Sequence record: SRR31156797_2854
Direction: 5' to 3' (one strand)
DNA length: 64,000 bases
A program made the translations under genes and the position numbers. Below, one piece after another: positions 38,940-50,337 of this stretch (the stretch's first letter is position 1; every line of letters begins with the position of its first letter). The notes under the pieces were generated by a model, which was not told the DNA's origin, did not search any database, and saw nothing but the letters and a program-made list of their open reading frames with translations.

Positions 38940-40190
38940 TTATTCATCAATGGTGTAGATGGTCAGATCATCAGGGTTCTCAGGAATACTCAGGTAAACT
39001 TCATCACCCTCCTGCAGGCCCTTGTCAATGATCACTTCATTTTCGTTGCTCTGCCCAATAACAACTTCTTTTTTTATGGTTCGCATCCCACGGTCTGTAA
39101 AAACATAGGTTATGGTATCGTTGTTATGAATAGCCTCGAGAGGTATAAATAAAACATTTTCGAATGTTGCGGTGATGATATTGTTTTTGGTGGTCATGGA
39201 CGGCCGCATGATAGTGTCTGATTCATTTACAGAGATTACAACTTCAAATACCTTGGCATCGGAGCCCTGGTTTTGCTGACCTATATTGGCAACTTCATCC
39301 ACCACGCCGGTGTAGTTACGATCAGGAAAAGCATCGATGCTGATTTTTACAGGTTGCCCTGTCCTTACCTTTGAAATATCAATTTCGTTCACAAATGTTT
39401 TGGAGATCATTTTTGAAAGATCCGGCAACTGGGCTACCACATTATCCCATGGGCTGATTGATGAGCCGGTTTCAGTTTTCCGGCCGCGCCAGTCGCGCTT
39501 ATAAATGATCATTCCTGGTTTTGGCGCAAACACGGTGAAAGATTTCAGTATATCGCGCATACGTTGTTTTTTCCGCCGGGCTTGTTCAAGGGTTGCCGAA
39601 ACTTCCTGCATCTCTGCCTTGGCTTTTTCGTATTTCAGGTCATAATTCTCCACAGCCTGGCTGTATGCACGCTCGGCTTTTTCCCTGCTGATTTTTGCCT
39701 GACGTTGTGTAGCCGGCGGTTCAAATTTCGACTGGTCTACAGCAATCTGCGCTTCTTCCATGGCAAACTTCAGGTTCACCAGTTCATCGCGTGTGCTTCG
39801 CAGGTTTAATGAAGTGTCGAGCATGGTTTTGGTGTACTGCGATTCCAGTTTCTCCAATTCGGTTTCCAGATCTTTGAGTTTGCTTTCCACCTCTGTTTTA
39901 TCTAAAGAAGCCACAAAATCGCCGGAATCGACAATTGTACCTTCAGGGATCAGGGAATTAACCTTGATGTCGCCCCATACCTGTATCGACCGCAGGTTGT
40001 CGGGGCCATAAATATTCTCGGAGTTTTTGGCTTCCAACTCTCCGGTGGTCACAACATTAACCTCAAAGAGTCCGTAGCTAACAGGCACTTTAATGGATTG
40101 CACATCCCGTCCATCATCCCCGGCAAAATACCAGGTGGCCAAAATTAAAACCAGTGCAACGGCCAGCGTAATGTAGATTTTCCTTTTCAT
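38940..40190 (-). CDS. MacA-like efflux periplasmic adaptor (membrane fusion protein)
   Basis: N-terminal TM, coiled coil, APKPGMI, VNEIDISKVRTGQ, MRPSMT. Confidence 0.9.
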   Translation of the reverse strand: MKRKIYITLAVALVLILATWYFAGDDGRDVQSIKVPVSYGLFEVNVVTTGELEAKNSENIYGPDNLRSIQVWGDIKVNSLIPEGTIVDSGDFVASLDKTEVESKLKDLETELEKLESQYTKTMLDTSLNLRSTRDELVNLKFAMEEAQIAVDQSKFEPPATQRQAKISREKAERAYSQAVENYDLKYEKAKAEMQEVSATLEQARRKKQRMRDILKSFTVFAPKPGMIIYKRDWRGRKTETGSSISPWDNVVAQLPDLSKMISKTFVNEIDISKVRTGQPVKISIDAFPDRNYTGVVDEVANIGQQNQGSDAKVFEVVISVNESDTIMRPSMTTKNNIITATFENVLFIPLEAIHNNDTITYVFTDRGMRTIKKEVVIGQSNENEVIIDKGLQEGDEVYLSIPENPDDLTIYTIDE

Positions 40191-40224
40191 TTATATTTGG
40201 GTTTGATAGCAAAACAGGCACTTT

Positions 40225-41199
40225 CTAATTATCTTCCAACAGTTTGTTGATGATATCCTCAATAGAAATTCCGGCTGCTTCTGCCTTGTAGTTTCTTACG
40301 ATGCGGTGGCGCAGAATTGATGTGGCCACATACCTGATGTCTTCAATATCAGGAGAGTATTTCCCATTTATGGCCGCATGACATTTTGCGCCGATGATGA
40401 GGTATTGAGATGCCCTCGGGCCGGCACCCCAGGTGAGGTATTCGTTAGCCCACGGATGTGATTCGTTACGGTTTGCACGTGTTTTGGTTGCCAGTTTCAC
40501 TGCATATTCATATACGTTATCCGGAACCGGAATTTTACGGATCAGGTTCTGGAAATAAATAATCTCTTCGGCGCTCAGCACTTCCTCAGGATTGCCCTGG
40601 TAAGTGGTGGTGGTGGTTTTTACAACATTCACCTCCTCTTCGAAAGAGGGGTAATCTAACCAGATGTTAAACATAAACCTGTCGAGCTGTGCCTCGGGCA
40701 GCGGGTAGGTACCTTCCTGTTCGATAGGGTTTTGTGTAGCCAATACAAAAAATGGTTCATCCAGTTTGTAGGCTTTACCGGCCACGGTAATCGCTTTTTC
40801 CTGCATGGCCTCAAGCAATGCCGACTGTGTTTTAGGTGGTGTACGGTTAATCTCATCAGCAAGGATGATATTGGCAAACACGGGACCTTTGTTGAATTTG
40901 AAATGGCGCTCCTGGTCAAGGATCTCTGTTCCGATGATATCGGATGGCATCAGGTCGGGGGTAAACTGAATGCGGCTGTAACTTAAACCCAACACCTGCG
41001 AAATGGTGTTCACCAGCAATGTTTTGGCAAGTCCGGGTACTCCAACCAGCAGAACATGGCCCTTTGAAAAAATCGAAATAATTACATTTTTCACAACCTC
41101 ATCCTGCCCAACGATGATCTTGGCCACCTCTTTCTGCATTGCTTTCACCTTCTCGCCAAAGGCATCAATCGCTTCTACATCTGATTTATACTGTTTCAT
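40225..41199 (-). CDS. moxR: MoxR-family AAA+ ATPase
   Basis: GVPGLAKT, RIQFTPDLMPSDI, ADEINRTPPKTQSALLEAM, ATQNPIEQEGTYPLPEAQLDRF. Confidence 0.95.
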   Translation of the reverse strand: MKQYKSDVEAIDAFGEKVKAMQKEVAKIIVGQDEVVKNVIISIFSKGHVLLVGVPGLAKTLLVNTISQVLGLSYSRIQFTPDLMPSDIIGTEILDQERHFKFNKGPVFANIILADEINRTPPKTQSALLEAMQEKAITVAGKAYKLDEPFFVLATQNPIEQEGTYPLPEAQLDRFMFNIWLDYPSFEEEVNVVKTTTTTYQGNPEEVLSAEEIIYFQNLIRKIPVPDNVYEYAVKLATKTRANRNESHPWANEYLTWGAGPRASQYLIIGAKCHAAINGKYSPDIEDIRYVATSILRHRIVRNYKAEAAGISIEDIINKLLEDN

Positions 41200-41256
41200 G
41201 ATTTGCTTAAGGTTTCGATTTGTTTTTAATTGATATTTCCGGGATAAAGAAGAAAA

Positions 41257-42612
41257 TTAATGCCACTCTTGTTCAAAATCACAATTGGAATATTCACCAT
41301 TAACTTTTATGTAAGCTCTTTTGGCATTTCTGGTAATCCATTTCTTCATATCTTCATGTTTCTTTTTCTGCAAAGCCCATTCCTGTATCTGGTTGTAATC
41401 CTCTTCCAGGTTTGCCCTGTGTGGCTGGGTTCGGCGTTTCAGGTGCAGTAACCGGTAAGCTTCCTCCCCACTTTCGTCCTGCATAAGCACCGGTGTAGAA
41501 ATTTCGCCCACTTCCATTTTATCGATCACAAAAAACACTTTGGGATCAAGCTGATCAACGGGCCATTGTCCGGCACCGGTCATCGGGTTTATTAAAATCC
41601 CGCCATTGTTTTTTGATGGATCGGTGGAATATTTGATGACTGCCTTCTCAAATGTAATGGAATCGTTACGGATCAATCCGGCAATACTATCCAAAAAGAT
41701 ACGCGCTTCAGCCATTTCGACCGGAGAAACTTTGGGCCTGATTAAAATATGGCGAACCCTTACGAATTCACCCCGCCGTTGAATACCCTGGATGATATGA
41801 AAACCAGCTTCGGTTTCTACGATCTCCGAAACTTCTCCCGGTTCAAGCTTCCAGGCAACAGCTTCAAATTCGGGATACAGTTCTCCACGTCCATGCAACC
41901 CGATGTCACCACCCTGTTTGGCAGATCCCGGATCCTCAGAGTAAAGTATGGCCAGCGCTTCGAAGCTTTCACCGTTTATCACCCTTTCGCGAAGCTTTTG
42001 CAAACGTTCTTTTACCTGGAATTTTTCTTCAAATGTGATGGGCGGCTTTTTAACAATTTGCCCCACCTCAACCAGTGAACTTATCAAAGGAATGCTGTCG
42101 CGTGGCATACTTTTAAAAAACTTCTTCACCTCTGAAGGCGTTACCTGAGTGTTTAAAGTTATCTCTTCCTGAACCCTGCCCACAAGCAATTGATCAGCTA
42201 CTACCTCCCTGAGTTCATCTTTAAATTCAAGGATGGATTTGCCATAATACTCTTCCAGCTTTTCCTGCGAACCAAACTGCTGAATAAAATAGCGCATCCG
42301 GCGATCCAGCTCTGAAGCAACCTGATCAGGGGTTACCTCGATACTGTCGATAGCTGCCTGATGCAACATCAGCTTTTCGAAAAGCAGGTTTTCAAGTATC
42401 TGGCATTTTACTTTTGCCTCCGTACCTTTTATGCCGCCCTGCATGCGCATTTGCATATACTGATTTTCGATATCAGAACGGAGTACAAAATTTTTCCCTA
42501 CCACTGCCACTACCTCATCAATGATCAACGTATCGCTTTGTATTCGTGCACTTGCGCCAAAAAAAACGGTAATCAATATAATGGTTAGCCCAATATTTTT
42601 CATGTATTTCAT
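41257..42612 (-). CDS. surA: SurA-like parvulin peptidyl-prolyl isomerase
   Basis: IDEVVAVVG, YSEDPGSAKQGG, VRVRHILI; start 42612 or 42603. Confidence 0.88.
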   Translation of the reverse strand: MKYMKNIGLTIILITVFFGASARIQSDTLIIDEVVAVVGKNFVLRSDIENQYMQMRMQGGIKGTEAKVKCQILENLLFEKLMLHQAAIDSIEVTPDQVASELDRRMRYFIQQFGSQEKLEEYYGKSILEFKDELREVVADQLLVGRVQEEITLNTQVTPSEVKKFFKSMPRDSIPLISSLVEVGQIVKKPPITFEEKFQVKERLQKLRERVINGESFEALAILYSEDPGSAKQGGDIGLHGRGELYPEFEAVAWKLEPGEVSEIVETEAGFHIIQGIQRRGEFVRVRHILIRPKVSPVEMAEARIFLDSIAGLIRNDSITFEKAVIKYSTDPSKNNGGILINPMTGAGQWPVDQLDPKVFFVIDKMEVGEISTPVLMQDESGEEAYRLLHLKRRTQPHRANLEEDYNQIQEWALQKKKHEDMKKWITRNAKRAYIKVNGEYSNCDFEQEWH

Positions 42613-42628
42613 CCTGTAAAGTAATGAA

Positions 42629-43477
42629 TTAATATATTTCAAAGTCATTTTCAGTCATGGCCTGGTTATACAAATCCTGATGCATCTGACTGATCAACTG
42701 CTTCTTTCGTTTGTTAAGGATAATCGACCTGATATTTCCTTCTTCAACCGATAATGGCGAAATCTCATCCCTGAGTCCGTAATCGAGTATGTGTGCATAA
42801 TACCATGTGTTATCAACTGCAAACTCAACAAACTCATTCCCGGTAAGGAATACCTCAACATTTTCAGCCTCTACCGGAACTTTCCTCAACATCTCTTTAA
42901 AGGTAATCCAGTTGCGATCGATCAGGCCATAATCCTCAGCATAGCGAATACAATAATACTCCAGCGAATCCCGGTCTGACTCAAGGTCCGATTTAACAAG
43001 TTCACCAATTTTTTGCCTGTATGCTGAGCTTTGATTAACCCTGGCATAAATCAGTCGGACAATGTTTTCGTTCAGTTTAAAATTTCCGGAGAACTTTTCA
43101 TAATAATCTTCAATTTCCTGACTGGTAACAACGGTATCGAGCTTTTGCCTGATCAATTCTGATTCATATTCAAAAATGACCAGTGAATTCCTGTAGTCTT
43201 CCAGCTGCCTCGAAAAATCCTTTTGATCAGCGGCCAGATTCTCCTCAGCCTGGTTTATAAGTATCTGCTTCCTCACCCAGTTATTTAAATAATTCTGTAC
43301 AAAAGCGAGGCTGTCAGACGCATCCGAACCGTCAGGGATTACCTTAGCAATATCAGATAAATAAAGATACTCATCATATGCCCTTGCAATCACCCTGTCG
43401 GAATCACTAAAGGTGGCTTTGTTGCAGGCCGTTATGATGAGTACCAAAAATAAAACTGAAATGCTGTTTATTCTCAA
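42629..43477 (-). CDS. PPIase-associated lipoprotein (conserved Bacteroidota gene between the PPIases)
   Basis: Lipobox IITAC; VIARAYDEYLY; synteny. Confidence 0.75.
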   Translation of the reverse strand: MRINSISVLFLVLIITACNKATFSDSDRVIARAYDEYLYLSDIAKVIPDGSDASDSLAFVQNYLNNWVRKQILINQAEENLAADQKDFSRQLEDYRNSLVIFEYESELIRQKLDTVVTSQEIEDYYEKFSGNFKLNENIVRLIYARVNQSSAYRQKIGELVKSDLESDRDSLEYYCIRYAEDYGLIDRNWITFKEMLRKVPVEAENVEVFLTGNEFVEFAVDNTWYYAHILDYGLRDEISPLSVEEGNIRSIILNKRKKQLISQMHQDLYNQAMTENDFEIY

Positions 43478-43494
43478 ATTATTTCCGATCTATT

Positions 43495-45510
43495 TTACCC
43501 GGATAAAACGTCTTCATGCACTTTTACCGTATATTTTTTGCGTAATTCTTTTATCCATTCTTTTTCCAGGTAATTTTGGTAATCTGCAGTGATGAGTCCG
43601 CGTGCCTCTGAAAGTGATTTGGGTTCCGGGCCAACCAGCTCTTCGATGATGAAAAATGCAGCCTCACCCTTGTCATTGTAAACCACCGAAGTGATCCCTG
43701 GCTTCCAGGTTACTTTATCCACAAACTGGTTTTCATTTTTAGCAAATTTTTTGCTTTTCAGTTTCACAGCCAGGGTTTCCTGATTTACCATAACAGTGGT
43801 CAGCTGATCGGGCTCCATGCCATTTTCGATCAGATCCCGGGCTTTTTCAGCATCTTCGGGAACGACAGATGAAACCATTGTTGCTTTGATGCGGTTATCC
43901 CACATGTATTTTCCTTTGTTGGCTTCATAGAATTTTCTCAATCCGGTGGTATCTTTTATGGCCTTGGTCCAAACCATCTGGTCTGTGAGTTCAAAAAGCA
44001 GAATGCCATCCCTGTATTCTTTTACCAGTGCCTTAAATTCAGGATGTTTCTCTTCGAGACGGGCATCTTCATATTCAATTACCATTTCATCAACATACTT
44101 GTTAAATGTTTTTTCCACAAAACTTGCAATGGTTTCCTTGGTGTTGATGGATTGATGCTTTTCGATGTATTGTGCAAAATCCTGCTGATTGTAGGATTCA
44201 TCGCCAAGCGTGAAGAGGGTTTGATTAAGCCCTTCAGCCTTTGAAGCTTCCCATTTTCTTTTATAAACGGTTGAATCGATCACGCTGTAAAAAGCTTCTA
44301 CAGCATCCTGCATTTTTGTAAAATTTTCTTCCTGCTTTATTTTTCTAATGATCGACTTTTTGCTTTCGTCTGAGCGTTTGTCTTTTGACAGGCTTTGTTT
44401 CAGATCGGCTTTTTCTTCTTCAAAAGATTTGATGGGTTTGGTATCAACGAGTTTGATGATGTGGTAACCGTAAGATGTGAGCACAGGTTCGGAGATCATC
44501 CCGGTATCAGGAATAGAGCGAATGCCGTTGATAAAATCCGGAACCATGCGGTTAGAGCCAAACCAGGGAAGCTTACCGCCGTTGTTTGCTGAACTTTTGT
44601 CATCAGAACCTTGCTGTACGGTTTCATTCCAGTCGGCACCGGCTTTCAGGGCGTTGTATACAGAATCGATTCGTACCTTCAGGTTAGCTGAATCCTCAGC
44701 TGTTGCATCCTGTGGCATTTTCAGGAAAAAGTGAGCCACCTGAACTTTTCCAAGGGCAGGCTGCATGCTTTGCAACTTAATGAGGTGATAACCAAATTCG
44801 GTGCGAACAGGCATCGATATTTCGCCTTCTTCAAGCAAATATGAAGCATCTTCAAATGGAAGCACCATATCAAAAACGGTAAAATACCCGATATCACCCC
44901 GGTTACCTTTCCTGGCCGGTTGAAAACCACGTGCCGGCATATCCCTAGCTGACGGATCTTCCGATACCTCTTCGGCCACTGCATTAAAATCTTCGCCATC
45001 TTCAACAATTCGTTTCCTTATTTCAAGGGTCTTATTATAAGCCTCCAGGGTATCATTTGGATTGGCAAATTTATCAACGCGGATCAGGATGTGACTCACC
45101 CTTAAATCGCTCTGCTTACGCCGGTATGCTTCTTCCAGGAGTTTTGCATTCACTTCTTCATCCACAAAATAAGGCTTGGCAAGTTGATCACGGTATCCCT
45201 TGAGTTCATTTATAAACGATTTTACAGTGTCTAAACCTCGTGCTTCAGCTTCCTTAACTTTTAATTTAAAATTGATGTAAAGCTCCAGGTATTCTTCAAC
45301 TGATTTTTTGTCGAGCACCTCGCCTTCAACATTGTTTTTTTGGTAAACAGAAAGGAACTCTTCGGTAGTAATCTTGTCATCCCCAACCTCAAGTAATACT
45401 TTATCGCTTTTGTTTTGGGCAATGAGTGCAAAAGAATTGAAAAAGAAAACCAATGCAACTGCTGCTACCAGGCTAAGGGATTGGTTTTTTGAAATGGTAA
45501 ATTTTGCCAT
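43495..45510 (-). CDS. Parvulin-type peptidyl-prolyl isomerase (two PPIC domains)
   Basis: RVSHILIR, VRTEFGYHLIK, SDDKSSANNGGKL, TSYGYHIIK. Confidence 0.9.
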   Translation of the reverse strand: MAKFTISKNQSLSLVAAVALVFFFNSFALIAQNKSDKVLLEVGDDKITTEEFLSVYQKNNVEGEVLDKKSVEEYLELYINFKLKVKEAEARGLDTVKSFINELKGYRDQLAKPYFVDEEVNAKLLEEAYRRKQSDLRVSHILIRVDKFANPNDTLEAYNKTLEIRKRIVEDGEDFNAVAEEVSEDPSARDMPARGFQPARKGNRGDIGYFTVFDMVLPFEDASYLLEEGEISMPVRTEFGYHLIKLQSMQPALGKVQVAHFFLKMPQDATAEDSANLKVRIDSVYNALKAGADWNETVQQGSDDKSSANNGGKLPWFGSNRMVPDFINGIRSIPDTGMISEPVLTSYGYHIIKLVDTKPIKSFEEEKADLKQSLSKDKRSDESKKSIIRKIKQEENFTKMQDAVEAFYSVIDSTVYKRKWEASKAEGLNQTLFTLGDESYNQQDFAQYIEKHQSINTKETIASFVEKTFNKYVDEMVIEYEDARLEEKHPEFKALVKEYRDGILLFELTDQMVWTKAIKDTTGLRKFYEANKGKYMWDNRIKATMVSSVVPEDAEKARDLIENGMEPDQLTTVMVNQETLAVKLKSKKFAKNENQFVDKVTWKPGITSVVYNDKGEAAFFIIEELVGPEPKSLSEARGLITADYQNYLEKEWIKELRKKYTVKVHEDVLSG

Positions 45511-45612
45511 ATCGCTTTATTTGTTTTAGTATTTCACATTTAACGATTAATCAAAGTGTTATCAGTTACGATAAAAAGCTATAATTATTTTATTGGAATA
45601 TGTTTGCAAAGG

Positions 45613-47085
45613 TTAAAATTTGCTGTAGTTGGGTGCTTCGCGGGTGATGGTGATATCGTGCGGATGACTTTCGGCAATTCCGGCGGGGCTCACCTTTATA
45701 AAGCGTGCATTCTGCAATTCAAGAATATTGCCTGAGCCGGTATATCCCATTCCTGCGCGCAATCCGCCAACCATTTGATGCACAACTTCTGACAATGCAC
45801 CTTTGTAAGGGACCCTACCCACAATGCCTTCAGGAACCAGCTTTTGGATATCATCTTCCATATCCTGGAAATAGCGGTCTTTGGATCCCATTTGCATGGC
45901 CTCGATGGAACCCATCCCCCGATAAGTCTTATACTTGCGGCCTTCATAAATAATGGTGTCTCCCGGAGATTCGTCCACGCCGGCAAATAATGATCCTGCC
46001 ATAATTGAATCTGCTCCTGCAGCAATGGCTTTGGCAATGTCGCCCGTATAGCGGATACCGCCGTCAGCAATTACCGGGATGCCACTGTTTTTTATTGCGT
46101 TTGACACATTGTAAACTGCACTGAGCTGGGGAATTCCAATACCGGCAATGATACGTGTAGTACAAATGGATCCCGGGCCAATTCCAACTTTTACTGCATT
46201 TGCACCGGCTTTCACCAAGGCTTTGGCAGCCTCGGCTGTGCCAATATTTCCAATCACCAGTTGCAGATCCGGATATTTCTTGCGGATGGCCTCAGCGGTC
46301 CGGATAACACCTGCCGAGTGGCCATGGGCTGTGTCGATAACCACAGCATCCACCTGGTATTTTACCAGTTCGTCCACGCGATCCATAAAATCAGCGCCCA
46401 CACTAACGGCAGCAGCAACCCTCAGTCTTCCGCGCTCATCCTTACAGGCATTCGGCCTGGCCTTGATTTTAATAATATCCTTGTAAGTGATCAGGCCAAC
46501 CAGTTTGAATTCCTTATCCACAACCGGAAGCTTTTCAATTTTGTGTTCCTGGAGAATGTCGGCAGCTCTTTCAAAATCAGTAAATTCAGTAGTTGTAATG
46601 AGGTTTTCCTTGGTCATCACTTCATCCACCGGGCGCTCAAGGTTACGTTCAAAACGCAGGTCACGGTTGGTAACAATACCAACAAGTTTCTTTGATTTGG
46701 TAACAACCGGAATTCCGCCAATGCTGTATTCTTTCATCATGGCCAGGGCATCAGCTACCTTTGCTGTTTTATCGAGCGTAACAGGTTCAAGTATCATCCC
46801 GTTCTCTGCACGTTTAACACGCCTCACCTCGTTGGCCTGTTTATCAATACTCATGTTTTTGTGCAGTACGCCGATGCCACCTTCCTGGGCAATGGCTATA
46901 GCCAGCTTGTGTTCAGTTACGGTGTCCATCGCCGCGGAAACGATCGGGATTTTCATGGTTATCCCGGAAGTAAATTTTGTGGAAAGGTCCACATCGCGGG
47001 GCATAACATCGCTAAAGGCAGGTTGTAAAAGCACATCATCATACGTTAAACCTTCACCGGTGAATTTGTCCTGATTTTGAGCCAT
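45613..47085 (-). CDS. guaB: IMP dehydrogenase
   Basis: [21 protein letters not shown] pair, [33 protein letters not shown] box at 47111-47118. Confidence 0.98.
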   Translation of the reverse strand: MAQNQDKFTGEGLTYDDVLLQPAFSDVMPRDVDLSTKFTSGITMKIPIVSAAMDTVTEHKLAIAIAQEGGIGVLHKNMSIDKQANEVRRVKRAENGMILEPVTLDKTAKVADALAMMKEYSIGGIPVVTKSKKLVGIVTNRDLRFERNLERPVDEVMTKENLITTTEFTDFERAADILQEHKIEKLPVVDKEFKLVGLITYKDIIKIKARPNACKDERGRLRVAAAVSVGADFMDRVDELVKYQVDAVVIDTAHGHSAGVIRTAEAIRKKYPDLQLVIGNIGTAEAAKALVKAGANAVKVGIGPGSICTTRIIAGIGIPQLSAVYNVSNAIKNSGIPVIADGGIRYTGDIAKAIAAGADSIMAGSLFAGVDESPGDTIIYEGRKYKTYRGMGSIEAMQMGSKDRYFQDMEDDIQKLVPEGIVGRVPYKGALSEVVHQMVGGLRAGMGYTGSGNILELQNARFIKVSPAGIAESHPHDITITREAPNYSKF

Positions 47086-47462
47086 TTGAGTCGGTTTTGA
47101 AAAATTTGCGCAAAGGTAAAACTTTTGAGATGAAAAGCGGTGTCAGATGAGGCTTTTTAAGTTGAATAATTCAAGAATACCGCTTTAATTACCGAGCCTG
47201 GCAAACCTGGTATAAACCTACTGACGGTCAACAACTTTGGCTGTGAAGGCCAGTAATGAAATCAGATCATGAACAAGTGTTATCGCCTGAAAAATAATTG
47301 AAGAATATTTTTTTTGTCAAATTAAAACTTTACAATGAAAGTCTTGCGAATGATTCGGTTCTCTTATGCTAATTGACAGGTTTTCAAACGTCAACAGTTA
47401 TTGGGCAACATTTTTTGATTTCTTCAGGATACCAAAAAACCAGGTTATTTTTAATTGGGGAT

Positions 47463-47508
47463 AAAAAACTGAAATGCCCCGCAGAATGATAACCACACAA
47501 GGCATTTC
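47463..47508 (-). terminator. Probable terminator of the 47.6-52.2 kb operon
   Basis: GAAATGCC / GGCATTTC stem with a large loop; U-run on the minus strand. Confidence 0.55.
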
Positions 47509-47592
47509 GAATTATTTTATCAGTCTCTTGTCCTGTAATTATTGTAAATGAATCTATGCCAAAACTTCAGCACAAATCGGCCAAGGGCATGC

Positions 47593-49038
47593 TTATTTCA
47601 TCCATTGCTCTCCTTTGAATGGATCTACCCTGACCTCCTTAATCTTATTAAATTCCGCTTCGGTAAATTCTTTTTCAATGGTAAACTGAAACCCAAGATC
47701 CGGAAGCTTGTTAAACACCACTCCCCGATATACAACATTTGCATTGTCACTCCATACCTCTGGGTCGATGGAAGCATACTGGGCATAGTACGCGTCAGGG
47801 GTAAAATCAAAATCCTCTTCGCCTTCGCCGGTTTCGAATACCACCTGGCAGTGTGCCGACTCAAAAAGGAAAGTAATATAATCCTCAACTACTTCCAGTG
47901 TTTTTGGGTTCATAAACTTATAAAAGGTAACTACTTTACTATTGGTGAGCAGATTTTCACCCTCTGACAACACAAGCACATATGGTGAAAAGTCTTTGAT
48001 AAAGAAGTCAAAAACAATATCATAACCATTAAGCCACGATTCATTCACGCGGTTTTTATCCTGCTGGGATAAAGGCTTTTCATATTTTTTAAATGTTAAC
48101 CCCATCAAACCTGTCATTTCGTTTATGCCATAAAATTTAAAGGGAACATTCCAACGGTTCCCATATGCACTGCTTTTGTTCACCAACTCCGGCTCAACAA
48201 TAGGAATAACCATATCCACATACCTGGTAGCTTCTTTGGCTTCACCTTTCCTGTTTCTTTTAATGCTTCCATCTTTTTCACGCTTGAGCACTTTAAAGGC
48301 ATATCGGTCATATGGAATGGATTTATCACTGTTTTTACTGATCAGGTGGTTCACCGGTATTTGATATCTCAGCTCCTTGGTTTCCAGTGCAAGCTCTGAA
48401 AGGATATTTTTCAGATTAAAAAATTCGACTGTATAATTGGGATTTGTTTTGGCGGTTACAGTCCCGGTAAAGGTGTATTTATCACCGTTTCGTGCGGGCT
48501 CATCTGTACGAATGTTATAATCCCAGATTATTCCGTAGTCTTTCATCTCGTGAACGTCAAAGAGTGCCATAGCCATATTATACTCATCCTGTTTCATCCT
48601 GTCCCATTCTTTGAGTTTACTCACCAGTCCGCCTGCATTATAATCCACTTTAAGTCCACTGGCTTCCAGCCGATCGAGTATCTGTTTTTCAACAATGATT
48701 GCTGCAGCCACCACTTTGTATTCGTTATCAAACTTACTTTCCGAAAGCTTGCGGTGCTCCTTGATGAACCCATGACTCAGCGAAAGCACTTCGTCCTTAA
48801 CAATTTCATCATTTTCAATTTCGGTGATGCTGCTCACGTATGCTCCGGCTGCCTGTTCCACTGCATTCTGAAGCGCATTTTGCAAGGCGGCATCAGGTGT
48901 TGGGCCATAACCATCGGCAATCACTTTCTTTTCGCCGTCCAACGGTTCAAGAATCACCATATCTTCATCACTGTTTTGCGCCATTATCGCAGGCATCCAC
49001 AAAACAACAGTTAGAAATATCAGAAAAAATTTTTGCAT
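47593..49038 (-). CDS. Secreted protein with N-terminal FlgT-N/LPP20-like domain
   Basis: Signal peptide; ADGYGPTPDAALQNALQNAVEQAAGAYVSSITEIEN...GFIK. Confidence 0.7.
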   Translation of the reverse strand: MQKFFLIFLTVVLWMPAIMAQNSDEDMVILEPLDGEKKVIADGYGPTPDAALQNALQNAVEQAAGAYVSSITEIENDEIVKDEVLSLSHGFIKEHRKLSESKFDNEYKVVAAAIIVEKQILDRLEASGLKVDYNAGGLVSKLKEWDRMKQDEYNMAMALFDVHEMKDYGIIWDYNIRTDEPARNGDKYTFTGTVTAKTNPNYTVEFFNLKNILSELALETKELRYQIPVNHLISKNSDKSIPYDRYAFKVLKREKDGSIKRNRKGEAKEATRYVDMVIPIVEPELVNKSSAYGNRWNVPFKFYGINEMTGLMGLTFKKYEKPLSQQDKNRVNESWLNGYDIVFDFFIKDFSPYVLVLSEGENLLTNSKVVTFYKFMNPKTLEVVEDYITFLFESAHCQVVFETGEGEEDFDFTPDAYYAQYASIDPEVWSDNANVVYRGVVFNKLPDLGFQFTIEKEFTEAEFNKIKEVRVDPFKGEQWMK

Positions 49039-49041
49039 AAA

Positions 49042-50337
49042 TTATTGATTTATAAGATTTGAAATTTGATTTTTACTCCAGTTATCGGTTTTTGGACTTT
49101 TCATAAAATACTCGGCTACATCATGGATTTCATCAAAATTCATGGCATCGAGGCACAGGCAGGTATTGCCGGACAGAAAAGTAGTATCACGATCGATATA
49201 AAAAGCCAGCAGGAGATAAGGCAACGCTTTGGCCGGACGGCCGAGGATACGGTAGCATGCTCCTGTTAGATTAAGGGCTTCAGCAGTTATGCCCGAAAAA
49301 TTGATTTCATCCTTCAACAGCTCCAGGGCCTTCTCGATTTCATCCCGGGCAAAGGCATCGAGCGCCTGATTGTAGTATGTTCCCCGGTAACCAATACGAA
49401 GCCCAAACACATCCAGGGCCAGGGGGTACGCCCCAATTACATCAAAAACGGTTGCCTCTTCCAGTCCGCTAAAATCAGAAACATTCCTGTGAGAGGCCGT
49501 AAAATACTGAACCCTGTACCAAAGATTATTGCATGCAGCCAGGTTATTCACATAGCCCTCGTAAATACTATCCTTTAATGAAATTTCTGCTGCAGTGAAA
49601 AGAATTTTTGATTTTACCATTTCTCCAAAATCGCAACCTCCCGCTACGGGTGCAGTATCGGAAACCACCATGCTTCGCATAATGCTGTCGATATCAAAAA
49701 GCGAAATTTCGAGACGACCCCCTGGATTAAGCTTTTGTAAGCTCCCGGTTTTTTGATCAAGTTCGGCCGTGCCGCTCAGGAAGAGCATCTCCATGTCCAG
49801 GGCTATTTCCGGCCCGGCAAGTCCGGCTGAAATAATCCGGCAGGCACCCTGAATGGTTTTGTTTCTCCTGAAATCCATCATCATGATCGCAGAAAAGTCA
49901 AACTCCTGTGGGTATTGCTGTTGTGATATGGTAAAGTTGGAGCGATCGCACTTAAAGGTGATGCATCGCGTTCCATCAATTAACTCCCACTGTCCTGATG
50001 CAAATTTTTCGACCTGTGCACGGAACATCAGGTTGTTGTAATCGACAAATGCCTCAAATAGCCTGTCTTTATCCGGAAAATCGACATCAATGCTATTAAA
50101 AATTATATAATTTCCTACCAGGTCCACAGCACGCAATCGCAACCTGTTTTGCGCCCTTTTGAGATATCGGCTGCTCTCCACATCTCTTTTGAGCACACAT
50201 TTAACCAGGTATTCTCCATCCTTTTCGGAAACCAGAAACGAGGCCTCGTTGTTACTATAGTGCAACTGTGCAAATGCCCAGACCGGAAAAAGGTATAACA
50301 GACCGATTAGCCTGAACCTAAAAATCATCCTCCTCAC
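49042..50337 (-). CDS. Secreted protein with C-terminal TPR motifs
   Basis: Signal peptide ending WAFAQ; YYNQALDAF, AEALNLTGACYRILGRPAKAL; start may be ATG 50328. Confidence 0.7.
   Translation of the reverse strand: MRRMIFRFRLIGLLYLFPVWAFAQLHYSNNEASFLVSEKDGEYLVKCVLKRDVESSRYLKRAQNRLRLRAVDLVGNYIIFNSIDVDFPDKDRLFEAFVDYNNLMFRAQVEKFASGQWELIDGTRCITFKCDRSNFTISQQQYPQEFDFSAIMMMDFRRNKTIQGACRIISAGLAGPEIALDMEMLFLSGTAELDQKTGSLQKLNPGGRLEISLFDIDSIMRSMVVSDTAPVAGGCDFGEMVKSKILFTAAEISLKDSIYEGYVNNLAACNNLWYRVQYFTASHRNVSDFSGLEEATVFDVIGAYPLALDVFGLRIGYRGTYYNQALDAFARDEIEKALELLKDEINFSGITAEALNLTGACYRILGRPAKALPYLLLAFYIDRDTTFLSGNTCLCLDAMNFDEIHDVAEYFMKSPKTDNWSKNQISNLINQ

Noticed and set aside
47086-47460. Purine riboswitch or ncRNA upstream of guaB
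   Set aside because: The -7 box lies only about 25 nt from the start codon, leaving no room for a riboswitch; no recognisable RNA motif in the remainder
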